DNA from: Candidatus Cloacimonadales bacterium
GTDB lineage: Bacteria; Cloacimonadota; Cloacimonadia; Cloacimonadales; JAFGVF01
DNA length: 64,000 nucleotides
Direction: 5' to 3'
Assembly (NCBI GenBank): GCA_963663475.2
Contig: CAXXJV010000002.1
Coordinates: 339,211 to 403,210, forward strand
Positions 9,839-19,746 of this stretch are shown piece after piece. A program made the translations under genes and the position numbers. The stretch's first letter is position 1. The number at the start of each line of letters is the position of its first letter. The notes under the pieces are model-generated. The model saw only the letters and a list, made by a program, of their open reading frames with translations, was not told the origin of the DNA and did no database searches.

Positions 9839-12167
9839 GATGTTAAAGAAAGATTTTCTGCGTAAGCCAAGTATCTTTATAGTAATCTTTATTTTTATAA
9901 CACTATCAGGTTTACTAATGTCTAATGGCGCATCATTGATAGTTCAGTTAACTTCGTCGTTAGATATATTTTTTGCGAAAGCTAAAACACCTCACTTTGT
10001 TCAAATGCATTCAGGTGCTTTATCTAAGAGTAAGCTAGAGTTTTGGAGCCAAAACAATTCTAAGGTTGAAGAATATCAACTACTGGAGATGATATCTATA
10101 CCTGGAAATAAACTTTTTTGGGGAGACAAACACGAAGTTTTAGAAAATAGTGTTATGGATATCAGTTTTGTTGAACAGAATGAAAAGTTTGATTATCTTC
10201 TAAACTTGAATAATCAGGTGATTAAAGTATCTGCAGGGCAGATTGCTATCCCTATATATTTTAAAGAAAAATTTGCTCTAAAGAAGGGTGATAGACTAAC
10301 TTTACATTCTGAAAATCAGAATATAGACTTTGAAATTGTTTCTTTTATCAGAGATTCACAAATGAATCCAGCAATAATACATTCTAAAAGATTTCTAATC
10401 AGTAATGAAGACAAAGAAATAGTCAGTAAAATCTTTCCCGAGAAAGAGTATTTGATAGAATATAGATTAAAGAATCTTGCTGATTTAGGAGATTTTGAAG
10501 GAGAATACCAAGCTTCAGGACTGCCTATGAATGGTCCAAGTCTAAATATCAATCTATTCAAACTCTTAAATTCACTTTCAGATGGTATTGTTGCAGGTCT
10601 TGTGATAATATTAAGTCTTTTAATTATGCTAGTAGCCATTCTTTGTCTCAGATTCGTAATTCTATCTTCACTTGAAGAAGATTTACGAGAAATAGGGGTT
10701 ATGAAGGCAATAGGATTACCTTTAAGGAGAATTAAAAACATCTATAACTATAAATATCTAGGAATGAGTTATTTAGCCTTGTTAACAGGTTATGGTCTTT
10801 CCTTAATTACCAATGATTTCTTATTAGATAATATCCTCCTTTATACTGGTCAGGTTCCTACAAATTGGCAGACAATCTTTCTACCCTTCCTTGCTGCAAA
10901 TCTAATTATTTTCTTCATTGCCTTATCACTCAGAATTATTATCAGAAAGATTGGTAAAATAAGCTCGGTTGAGGCTATAAATATGAGCAGAAAAAGTGGT
11001 AAAGTATCCTCTTTTTCTTTTTTATCACTACAAGCTAATAAGTTGTGGAACTTAGATCTTTTTTTAGCTTTAAGAGAAATTCTAATCAAATTTAAACTCT
11101 ACTGGTTATTACTAGTAATATTTATTTTTGCAGTATTTATTATTCTAGTTCCTTATAACATATACTATACAGTTAGTTCTCCAAATTTTATCACCTATAT
11201 GGGGATAGGTCAAAGTGATCTTCGCATAGATTTACGTAATTCATTAACTGTAAAAGATCAATTTTCTAATCTAGGACAAGCACTTGCTTCTGATGATGAT
11301 ATTGCTGAATATAGTAAATTGGTTACCAGTAAATATGAACTTATACTTGCCGATGAAAGCAGGGAGAGTGTGGCTATTGAAAGCGGAAATAGTAAAGATT
11401 TTCCTTTAAGCTATCTTCAAGGCCAGGCCCCAAGTAAAGACTCAGAAATATCACTTTCTTTCTTGAATTCCCAAGAACTTAACAAGGGTCTTAATGATAG
11501 TCTCAGACTTGTCATTAATGACCAAGAAAAGCTTTTAAAAATCACTGGTATTTATCAGGATATAACCAATGGAGGTAAATCTGCTAAAGCACTGTTCGAT
11601 TACGATAGCGAAAATGTCTTATGGTACACAATTTTGCTAAATGTTAAAGCTGGTGTTAATATCCAAGACAAGCTTAAAGAATATAAAACTCTAGTCCCTT
11701 CTGCCCGAGTTACCGATATTTCAGGTTATCTGCAACAAACTTTTGGAAGCACTATAAGAGCTATTAAGCAAGTAGCAATTATTGCAGGCATGGCAGGATT
11801 ATTCATAAGTCTCTTTATCAGTCTTCTCTTCCTTAAAATGATGATTAACAAAGATATGGCATCTCTTGCAATCATGATGAGCCAAGGATTTAGTAAGAGG
11901 TCTATTCAAATGCAATATATCTACAGGACTTTCTTTCTCTTAGTATCTGGCTTATTATTTGGTATTTTATTAACTTATTCTCTGGGACAAAGAATTATTT
12001 CTCTTTTTTCTGCTATGTTAGGAATTGCTAAATTCTCTTTTGAATATAACCCTCTTTTCCTATTTGTTATCCTACCACTTACCCTTATTATCGCAGTGGT
12101 ATTGACCACTATCATAAGTCTTAAATCACTATCAAATGAAAATTTAATAAATAGAATTACCCAATAG
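9825..12167 (+). CDS. ABC transporter permease with two FtsX-like domains
   Basis: REIGVMKAIG motif and duplicated TM/extracytoplasmic architecture. Confidence 0.85.
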   Translation: MLMFKMLKKDFLRKPSIFIVIFIFITLSGLLMSNGASLIVQLTSSLDIFFAKAKTPHFVQMHSGALSKSKLEFWSQNNSKVEEYQLLEMISIPGNKLFWGDKHEVLENSVMDISFVEQNEKFDYLLNLNNQVIKVSAGQIAIPIYFKEKFALKKGDRLTLHSENQNIDFEIVSFIRDSQMNPAIIHSKRFLISNEDKEIVSKIFPEKEYLIEYRLKNLADLGDFEGEYQASGLPMNGPSLNINLFKLLNSLSDGIVAGLVIILSLLIMLVAILCLRFVILSSLEEDLREIGVMKAIGLPLRRIKNIYNYKYLGMSYLALLTGYGLSLITNDFLLDNILLYTGQVPTNWQTIFLPFLAANLIIFFIALSLRIIIRKIGKISSVEAINMSRKSGKVSSFSFLSLQANKLWNLDLFLALREILIKFKLYWLLLVIFIFAVFIILVPYNIYYTVSSPNFITYMGIGQSDLRIDLRNSLTVKDQFSNLGQALASDDDIAEYSKLVTSKYELILADESRESVAIESGNSKDFPLSYLQGQAPSKDSEISLSFLNSQELNKGLNDSLRLVINDQEKLLKITGIYQDITNGGKSAKALFDYDSENVLWYTILLNVKAGVNIQDKLKEYKTLVPSARVTDISGYLQQTFGSTIRAIKQVAIIAGMAGLFISLFISLLFLKMMINKDMASLAIMMSQGFSKRSIQMQYIYRTFFLLVSGLLFGILLTYSLGQRIISLFSAMLGIAKFSFEYNPLFLFVILPLTLIIAVVLTTIISLKSLSNENLINRITQ

Positions 12168-12175
12168 GAGGAAGT

Positions 12176-12940
12176 ATGAATACTGTTTTAAGTGCACAAA
12201 ATCTAAATAAGATTTTTAACCAACATAAAGAAAATGAACTTCACATTCTAAAAGATATAAAGCTTGAATTAAAAGAAGGAGAATTTGTAACTATTATGGG
12301 ACCTTCTGGTTCAGGAAAATCTACCCTACTCTATAATATCAGCGGTATGGATAGACCTTCCTCTGGCAAAGTAGAATTCTTAGGTCAAGATATCTCCTTG
12401 CTTAAAGAAAAAGAACTAGCTCAGCTTAGACTTACTAAAATGGGCTTTATTTTCCAACATATTAACCTTTTAAAGAATTTGTCTTTATTTGATAATATCA
12501 TTCTGACAGCTTATCATGCTGCTAAAAAAAATAGAAAGCTGATTGATCAAAGAGCTAGAGATCTTATGGCTAAAACTGCAATTAGCCACTTAGCTGACAA
12601 GGATTTAACCCAAGCTTCTGGAGGAGAACTTCAACGTGTAGGTATCTGCCGTGCCTTAATAAATAATCCCCAAATTATTTTCGGTGATGAACCTACTGGT
12701 GCCCTCAACTCTAAATCTACTGAAAATATTATGGATATTCTGATTGATATTAATAAAGAGGGTAAAAGTCTCTTTATTGCCACACATGATATTAAAGTAG
12801 CTAATAGATCTGATAGAGTCATTTTTATGCTTGATGGGAAAATTCTGGCAGAAAAATATCTTGGTAAATATGATCAATGTTCAGATAAAAAACTTAGAGA
12901 AAGAGAGCTAAGTAAATGGCTGATTGATAATGGTTTCTAA
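12176..12940 (+). CDS. ABC transporter ATP-binding protein (LolD/MacB type)
   Basis: GPSGSGKST Walker A, SGGELQR, DEPTGALN, THD. Confidence 0.95.
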   Translation: MNTVLSAQNLNKIFNQHKENELHILKDIKLELKEGEFVTIMGPSGSGKSTLLYNISGMDRPSSGKVEFLGQDISLLKEKELAQLRLTKMGFIFQHINLLKNLSLFDNIILTAYHAAKKNRKLIDQRARDLMAKTAISHLADKDLTQASGGELQRVGICRALINNPQIIFGDEPTGALNSKSTENIMDILIDINKEGKSLFIATHDIKVANRSDRVIFMLDGKILAEKYLGKYDQCSDKKLRERELSKWLIDNGF

Positions 12941-13056
12941 TTGAGTAAACTTACTTGTAATCACAAGTGGTAATGGTTAAGATAAGAGCTATCTTAACTG
13001 ACAGACAACTGGGGTAATTGCTATTCTTTCTTGCTTAAGCAGGAAGTAGCATACCC

Positions 13057-13130
13057 CTTATTCCTTCCTTTACAGTATCTCGATGAAAAGCGGACTTTCA
13101 TCTAGATGCCGTAAAGGACGGATAAAGGAT
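13057..13130. repeat. Palindromic repeat family A, degenerate copy
   Basis: ttcctttacagt..cgatgaaa..cggactttcatc..gtaaagga; similar to 14176-14254 and 38661-38721. Confidence 0.75.
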
Positions 13131-13396
13131 GAAAGCAGGGAAATCCTAGAAAATGACAAAGGATAATTACTTTATAAATGCTAGAAAATTCTCTTTCTTA
13201 ACTAATGATCTTCAAAAATCTTTGCATGAATATTATTGGATAGATCTCTAGTTAATTTAGACCTGGCAATCTACTATAGAAAAGTTAGTCTTTATTCTTT
13301 AATAAGAGCTTTAAGACAGGTTATAATTAGTATTATGAAGTAAATCTTATTATATACTAAATCTTTAAAAGGGGAGTCCAAATGCACTTTTCTGCC

Positions 13397-13936
13397 TTAA
13401 CTAACCTCTCCCATTAACATCTCTAAATTATCTAGCAAGTATTTTTGTCCTTGGCGATTGGCCTTGACTTGGTCAAATTCTTTTCCATTCATCTCTCTGT
13501 GAACTGAAACAAAACCATAGTCTGCTGAATTAGCTAGCACTGTAGTTTCTTTCTTATTTCTACTGTTGATAAATTCTCCTAGGATTCCAAGCGTTTTTAA
13601 ACTTTGAATAATAGTACGGGCCGAGGCTTTCTTGCTGATAGATTCATCGATAACTTCATTAACTAGATTAGTAAATTGAGTAAAGCCAATAGTCTCAGAA
13701 TCAATTAAGATTTTAGCCTTCTGTTGGGGAGTGATTATAAAATGAGGATTTGTATTCTTGGGTAATACTTTTGCTTTCTCTAATTGGTCAGCACAAAACA
13801 AAAAACACCTTATCATTTTAGGGTTATTTACAAAGTTACTTTCCTCAATTGTCTCTTTCGTTAAGGGGTTTATACCTCGGGCAATCTCTCTTAAAATCTC
13901 TTGGGCTCGAGTAACCAATTCGATATCTTTATGCAT
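13397..13936 (-). CDS. Conserved hypothetical protein
   Basis: 179-aa ORF with AAGGAG RBS; 'IARGINPLTKE...NNPKMIRCF' motif. Confidence 0.7.
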   Translation of the reverse strand: MHKDIELVTRAQEILREIARGINPLTKETIEESNFVNNPKMIRCFLFCADQLEKAKVLPKNTNPHFIITPQQKAKILIDSETIGFTQFTNLVNEVIDESISKKASARTIIQSLKTLGILGEFINSRNKKETTVLANSADYGFVSVHREMNGKEFDQVKANRQGQKYLLDNLEMLMGEVS

Positions 13937-14175
13937 GATTATTTACTCCTTTTAAATTAATTTATTTATAGATATTAAAAATGAGATTAATTGTCAAGTA
14001 AAATATGGTGTATTAAGTTGGACCAAACAAAGAGACTGGCATCCCAGGACCCAAAAAGGGGTATGATTTTAGCAAAGTAGGGATTTGGCAGTCTGGATGT
14101 CACTATGAAAGAAAGAAGATGACGGCCTTCTATTATCCCTCAGTCAAGAGAAATAGGCACTAATCTTACTCTTTC

Positions 14176-14254
14176 CATCCATTATCCTTCCTTTACAGTC
14201 TTTCGATGAAACACGGACTTTCATCGAAAGACTGTAAAGGAAGGATAATGGATG
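14176..14254. repeat. Palindromic repeat family A, perfect 36-bp arms with 7-nt loop
   Basis: catccattatccttcctttacagtctttcgatgaaa-cacggac-tttcatcgaaagactgtaaaggaaggataatggatg. Confidence 0.9.
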
Positions 14255-14332
14255 ATAAGGGTATTAATAAGACCAGTCTTCCTCAACCCTAGGTAAGGGA
14301 CTTCTGGCGAATTTCTCTTGACTGAGGGATAA

Positions 14333-14495
14333 TCCCAAATAATGCAGTAGACCTTTGTGAATAGCACTATATTCTTCTGCAAAAGTAGCTTCCATAATTT
14401 CTCCGAATATATAAAATATATGCGTCAAAATTCTGTAAGCTATTTTGCTAGAATAATCTGCACTCTTCACTAAAGCTCTACTACACTATCTGGGA
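14333..14495. mobile_element. MITE copy 1 (163 bp) with TAA target duplication
   Basis: Imperfect TIRs tcccaaataatgcagtaga / tctactacactatctggga; near-identical to 41621-41783 and 57265-57436. Confidence 0.8.
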
Positions 14496-14559
14496 TAATA
14501 GAAGGCAGTCTTCTTCTTTTTCTGAGACCTTTTATATGGAGTGGAAGCCATACCCGTCT

Positions 14560-14770
14560 TTGGGTCGCGGGATTCCAGCCCGCGGTGACGCAGATGCCAA
14601 GTGGTAATGGGCTTGGGTCGCGGGATTCCAGCCCGCGTTTACGCAGAAATCAAGTGCTTACGGGCTTGGATCGCGGGATTCCAGCCCGCGGTTACGCAGA
14701 TGCCAAGTGGTTACGGGATTGGGTCGCGGGATTCCAGCCCGCGGTTACGCAGATGCCAAGTGGTTACGGG
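14560..14770. repeat. GC-rich 53-bp tandem repeat x4, each with a CGCGGG-attccag-CCCGCG hairpin (REP-like)
   Basis: Units start at 14560, 14613, 14666 and 14719. Confidence 0.9.
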
Positions 14771-14773
14771 GAC

Positions 14774-14880
14774 TATGGAATGTAAGCACCCTTGCTTACA
14801 CAGTCTTTTTTTTATAGAAGTAAGCATCCTTGCTTACATAGTCTTTTTTTATGGAATGTAAGCATCCCTGCTTACATAGT
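14774..14880. repeat. ~38-bp tandem repeat x3 with a GTAAGCA-N4-TGCTTAC hairpin (REP-like)
   Basis: tatggaatgtaagcacccttgcttacacagtc and two variants. Confidence 0.85.
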
Positions 14881-15067
14881 ATTTCTGTTTCCCAAAGCCC
14901 TAGCATTTCTGGCATTTCCCTCTGAACAAAACTATTTCATCAACTTAGAAAGTAGGGTCTAATAAAAGATTATTGACATAATTCATTTATAAATATAAAT
15001 TGAGTAATTAAATAAATAAAAGATTATGAAACTTCAAAGCAAGCTGCTAAGTAAAAAGGAGATAAGA

Positions 15068-16372
15068 ATGAATCCTGTTGAGTTAATAATAAAAAAGAGA
15101 GATGGAAAAGAGTTAAGTAAAGAAGAAATGAAGTATTTTGTTAACTCTTATATAGATGGTAAAATACCTGACTACCAAATGTCAGCAATGCTGATGGCAA
15201 TCTTTTTCCAAGGAATGGCTACAGATGAGATAGTCTCCTTAACAGATGTCTATATTAATAGTGGTGTAAGAGTTAATTTCCCTGCTCAAATGAATACTGT
15301 TGATAAACACTCAACAGGTGGAGTAGGAGACAAGATTACTCTAATGCTTGCTCCCTTAGTTGCTTCTTTAGGTGTAAAGATACCAATGATTTCTGGTAGA
15401 GGCTTAGGTCATACAGGTGGAACTCTAGATAAACTAGAATCTATTCCTGGTTTCAGAACTGATTATAAGAGTGAGCAATTTAAAAAAATGGTTAATGATA
15501 CTAATCTGTCCATAATTCAACAGAGTAAGGAATTAGTTCCTGCTGATAAGATTATCTATGCTATGCGAGATGTAAGCGGAACTGTTGAAAGTTATCCCCT
15601 CATTACTGCTAGTATTATGAGTAAGAAGATTGCTGAAGGCGCTCAGAATCTAGCAGTTGACCTCAAGGTAGGCAGTGGAGCCTTTATGAAGAATCTCGAG
15701 CAAGCTAAAGAACTAGCCAAATATCTTAAACTAACAGGGCAAGCTTTCGGACAAAAAGTTTCTATAACTTTTACTAACATGAACTCACCCTTAGGATATG
15801 CCATAGGTAATGCCCTAGAAATTAAAGAAACTATTGATTACTTAAAAGGGGCTGATTTACCTGATATTGATGCTATTACAAAAGCTTTAGCTGTTAATAT
15901 GGTTTTAATGGGCAAAAAAGCAGACAGTAGGGAAGAGGCTCTTGGTTTAGTAGAAGACTCTTTAAAATCTGGTAAAGCACTTGCTTATTTCAAAGATTTT
16001 ATCCGAGAACAGGGTGGCGATCCTAGAGTAATAGATGATTATTCTCTGCTCCCACATACTAATAACAAAATTGAAATTATTTCAGATAAGACTGGTTATG
16101 TTAAGTCTATTGATAGCAAGAGTATTGGTTATGCTCTAGTTGGCATCGGAGCTGGTAGAAAGAAGCTTGAAGATAAACTAAACTATGCTAGTGGAGCCGA
16201 ACTCTTCAAAAAGATAGGGGATAAGGTGGAAAAAGATCAGGTAATTGGTTATTTGTATTGTGATGACCAATCCTTAATCAAAGAAAGCATAAACAGAATA
16301 AAAAGTTCCTATCAAATTGTAGATGAGCAAGTGGCAAAAGAAGACATTATTTTAGAGGAATGGGAAATATAA
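15068..16372 (+). CDS. pdp: Pyrimidine-nucleoside/thymidine phosphorylase
   Basis: DKHSTGGVGDK, SGRGLGHTGGTLDKLES, ASIMSKK; ATG at 15068 after AAGGAG. Confidence 0.95.
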   Translation: MNPVELIIKKRDGKELSKEEMKYFVNSYIDGKIPDYQMSAMLMAIFFQGMATDEIVSLTDVYINSGVRVNFPAQMNTVDKHSTGGVGDKITLMLAPLVASLGVKIPMISGRGLGHTGGTLDKLESIPGFRTDYKSEQFKKMVNDTNLSIIQQSKELVPADKIIYAMRDVSGTVESYPLITASIMSKKIAEGAQNLAVDLKVGSGAFMKNLEQAKELAKYLKLTGQAFGQKVSITFTNMNSPLGYAIGNALEIKETIDYLKGADLPDIDAITKALAVNMVLMGKKADSREEALGLVEDSLKSGKALAYFKDFIREQGGDPRVIDDYSLLPHTNNKIEIISDKTGYVKSIDSKSIGYALVGIGAGRKKLEDKLNYASGAELFKKIGDKVEKDQVIGYLYCDDQSLIKESINRIKSSYQIVDEQVAKEDIILEEWEI

Positions 16373-16556
16373 TTTGACAAGTATTTATATTCCTATAATA
16401 TGACAAGAAGGTTAAGCTTAGACAAATATTGAATTAAAAGCTCTTTAGTAGAGTATTTAAGAATATGCTTGACACTATGATAAATGAAAATAATTTGTCA
16501 TTTCGTATAGAAAAATTATAATAAATAAATAAAAATTAATAGATAAGGAGCTGAAA

Positions 16557-16733
16557 ATGCCTGTACCTAAACGAAAAACATCTAAGTGTAATAGAGATAA
16601 AAGAAGAACTCATTACAAAGCTACAATGCCGACTTGGACTACTTGCTCAAGCTGTGGCGAACCTACAAGACCACATCATATTTGTAAAAACTGTGGAAAC
16701 TATAATAAAAGAGAAGTAATAGTAGCTGAATAA
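16557..16733 (+). CDS. rpmF: 50S ribosomal protein L32 (zinc-ribbon form); not in the ORF track
   Basis: Own translation MPVPKRKTSKCNRDKRRTHYK...CSSCGEPTRPHHICKNCGNY; AAGGAG RBS; directly precedes plsX. Confidence 0.95.
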   Translation: MPVPKRKTSKCNRDKRRTHYKATMPTWTTCSSCGEPTRPHHICKNCGNYNKREVIVAE

Positions 16734-17741
16734 ATGAAAATAGCTTTAGACGCTTTTGGTAGTGACAAAGCACCTTTCCCTGAAGTGGAAGGTGCTGTCT
16801 TAGCTATCAAAGAAAATCTTTGTGAAAAAGTATTTCTTGTTGGTGATGAAAATATTCTTAACAAAGAACTTTCTAAATACTATTACGATAAGAAAAGAAT
16901 TGAAATCGTTCATGCAACTGAAGTAATCGAAATGACAGACTCTCCTTCTGAAGCTGCTCGAAAGAAGAAAGACTCTTCTATGGTTAGAGCTATGAAACTT
17001 CATAAGGAAGGTCTGGCAGACGGTGTCGTTTCTGCTGGAAACTCAGGTGCCATGATGGCTACTTCTCTATTTGTTTTAGGTCGTATCAAAGGGGTTCTTA
17101 GACCTGCCATTGCTATTACCTTCCCAACTAAATCAGGTAGTGAAATTATCCTTGATGTTGGAGCTAATACTGATTGCGATGCTAAACATTTAGTCCAATT
17201 TGCTGAATTAGGAAGCATGTATTCTCAATTTATTGACAAAATAGATAATCCACGTGTTTCCCTTCTCAACATTGGTGAAGAAGACAAAAAAGGTAACGAA
17301 CTTACTAAAGAAGTTCATAAGCTTTTAAGCTCTGATGCTGATGTTAATTTTATCGGAAATATTGAAGGCAAAGACGTTCTAAAAGGTGTTACAGACGTGA
17401 TAGTCTGTGATGGCTTTACTGGAAATGTTATGCTAAAAACTGTCGAAGGAGCTGCTCTAGCTATCTTCGAGATTTTAAAAGAACAATTCGCTAAAGACTG
17501 GGTTGCTAAAATCGGAGCTCTCCTCTCTCTTCCTGTATTTAACTATCTCAAGAAGAAATTAGACCATACTGAATATGGCGGAGCTTTATTAATCGGTTTG
17601 AAAGGTATCCCTATTGTCTCCCATGGGAGGTCAAACAGTAAGGCTATCAAAAATGCAATTAAACTAGCTAGTAAACTTGCAGCAACTGATTTTATCCAAA
17701 GGTCAAGTGAATATTTTGAGAGGAAAAAAGATGAAGTATAA
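16734..17741 (+). CDS. plsX: Phosphate acyltransferase PlsX
   Basis: IALDAFGSD, SAGNSGA, LDVGAN, DGFTGNVMLK, SHGRS. Confidence 0.96.
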   Translation: MKIALDAFGSDKAPFPEVEGAVLAIKENLCEKVFLVGDENILNKELSKYYYDKKRIEIVHATEVIEMTDSPSEAARKKKDSSMVRAMKLHKEGLADGVVSAGNSGAMMATSLFVLGRIKGVLRPAIAITFPTKSGSEIILDVGANTDCDAKHLVQFAELGSMYSQFIDKIDNPRVSLLNIGEEDKKGNELTKEVHKLLSSDADVNFIGNIEGKDVLKGVTDVIVCDGFTGNVMLKTVEGAALAIFEILKEQFAKDWVAKIGALLSLPVFNYLKKKLDHTEYGGALLIGLKGIPIVSHGRSNSKAIKNAIKLASKLAATDFIQRSSEYFERKKDEV

Positions 17742-18720
17742 AGCTAAAATTAGTTCTTTTGGACATTATGTTCCTGAGAAAATAGTTAACAACTTTGATT
17801 TAGAAAAGATTGTTGATACTTCTGATGAATGGATCAGAACTAGAACAGGTATGTTCGAAAGAAGAGTCGCTGCTAAAAATGAAAATACTAGTGATTTAGC
17901 ATATAACGCAGCTATGAACGCTATTGAAAAATCTTCTGTCAAGTATAAAGATATCGAATTAATTATTGTTGCTACAATTTCAGGAGACCATTCCTACCCT
18001 TCTACCTCATGCTTAGTCCAGAAAAAACTCGGACTTAAAGGCATTCCTGCTTTTGATGTATCTGCAGGCTGTACAGGTTTTATCTATGGTATTAATATAG
18101 CTAAACAGTTTATCGAAAATGGTAGCTATCAACATATTCTTGTTGTGGGAGTTGAATTACTTTCCCGCTTCCTTAATTGGGAAGATAGAAATACCTGTGT
18201 TCTCTTTGGAGATGGTGCTGGCTCTGCTATTGTTTCTCGTAATGATAGAGGAGATATTTCAGAATTTATCGATGGTGACTTAGAAGCTGATGGTTCTCAC
18301 GATGATATTCTTATCCAACCAGCTGGTGGTTCTGCTATGCCTGCCTCTGAAGAAACAGTTAAACAAAACTTGCACACTGTTCATATGAATGGTAATAAAG
18401 TTTTTAAATTAGCTGTAAAATCAATGCAATCTTCATGTGAAAAATTAATTAAAAGAAATGATATAAGAATTTCTGAAATAGACTGGCTTATATCCCATCA
18501 AGCTAATATGAGAATCATAGAAGCTCTAGGTAAAAAGCTCAAAATAGATAAAGATCATGTTATTGTTAATATTGAAAAGTATGCTAATACTTCTGCAGCT
18601 ACAATTCCTATCGCTATTTCTGAAGCTATTGAAATGGGGAAGATTAAACGTGGTGATCTGCTTTTGATGGTTTCATTTGGTGCTGGTCTTACTTGGGGTT
18701 CTGCCTTAATTAGGTATTAG
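17731..18720 (+). CDS. fabH: 3-oxoacyl-ACP synthase III
   Basis: DTSDEWIRTRTG, AGCTG, HQANMRI, NTSAA, FGAGLTWG. Confidence 0.96.
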   Translation: MKYKAKISSFGHYVPEKIVNNFDLEKIVDTSDEWIRTRTGMFERRVAAKNENTSDLAYNAAMNAIEKSSVKYKDIELIIVATISGDHSYPSTSCLVQKKLGLKGIPAFDVSAGCTGFIYGINIAKQFIENGSYQHILVVGVELLSRFLNWEDRNTCVLFGDGAGSAIVSRNDRGDISEFIDGDLEADGSHDDILIQPAGGSAMPASEETVKQNLHTVHMNGNKVFKLAVKSMQSSCEKLIKRNDIRISEIDWLISHQANMRIIEALGKKLKIDKDHVIVNIEKYANTSAATIPIAISEAIEMGKIKRGDLLLMVSFGAGLTWGSALIRY

Positions 18721-18798
18721 TTAGCTATTTTTTTTAATTAAAAATGAATTGTATTCATTTATTAAGATAAGTTAATTCTATTCCATAAGGAGATAATT

Positions 18799-19746
18799 AT
18801 GAATAATAAAATTGCTTTTGTTTTTCCAGGACAAGGAGCCCAATATGTCGGTATGGCTATGGACTTTCTGGAAGCAAATCCAGAACTTAAAGAAATTATA
18901 AATAAATTTGATAAAGATAATAAAGTTGAATTATATAGAATTATGTCTCAAGGTCCAGATAGTGACTTAACTGATACTAAATTCACCCAACCTGCTATTC
19001 TTTTCCATTCTATCGCAGCCTGGAAAACACTTACCAGTAAACTAGAGATTAGTCCAAAGTTTGTTGCTGGTCATTCATTAGGGGAATTCACTTCTTTGGT
19101 TGCAAATGGTGTTCTTTCGCTCAGTGATGCTATGTATTTAGTTCATCGTAGAGGACAGTTCATGATCGAAGCTAATGAAGGTAAACCTTTTGCTATGGCT
19201 GCTATTATGGGTATTGATAGTCAAGCAGTTACACAAGTATGTCAGCAAGCTCAAGATGCTGGCATCGTAATACCAGCTAACTTCAATTCTCCTGTCCAAA
19301 CTGTTATCTCAGGTAGCAAGGAAGGAGTAGAAAAAGCTATGAAAATAGCTAAAGAAAATGGAGCTAAAAGAGCAATTCCTTTAAATGTAGGAGGACCTTT
19401 CCATTCACCTTTAATTGAGAAAGCTGGATTTTGGTTAAAAGAAGAAATGGAAAAACTTTCTTTCAATGATGCAAAAGTTCCTCTTATCTCTAATGTGGAT
19501 GCTCTAGCTCATACTTCAGCAGACAATATAAAAGAGAATTTAGCAAAACAAGTGACATCATCTGTTCGCTGGATTGAATCAGTTGAATACATGATAGACA
19601 AGGGTGTAGAGCTCTTTGTTGAGTTTGGTCCTCAAAAAGTTCTTAGTGGAATGATAAAGAAGATTGACAAAAATGTATCTGTTGTAAATATTGATAAACT
19701 TGATGATATTGATAATGCTATCGAGGTAATTAAAAATTATGTATGA
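18799..19746 (+). CDS. fabD: Malonyl-CoA-ACP transacylase
   Basis: FPGQGAQ, GHSLGE, PFHS. Confidence 0.96.
   Translation: MNNKIAFVFPGQGAQYVGMAMDFLEANPELKEIINKFDKDNKVELYRIMSQGPDSDLTDTKFTQPAILFHSIAAWKTLTSKLEISPKFVAGHSLGEFTSLVANGVLSLSDAMYLVHRRGQFMIEANEGKPFAMAAIMGIDSQAVTQVCQQAQDAGIVIPANFNSPVQTVISGSKEGVEKAMKIAKENGAKRAIPLNVGGPFHSPLIEKAGFWLKEEMEKLSFNDAKVPLISNVDALAHTSADNIKENLAKQVTSSVRWIESVEYMIDKGVELFVEFGPQKVLSGMIKKIDKNVSVVNIDKLDDIDNAIEVIKNYV

Noticed and set aside
14264-14470. 68-aa minus-strand ORF as a transposase
   Set aside because: It lies across the MITE and its flank and has no transposase motif.
14560-14880. CRISPR array, or the ORFs 14585-14785 and 14601-14861
   Set aside because: Linkers are near-identical rather than unique spacers; the ORFs are by-products of GC-rich tandem repeats.
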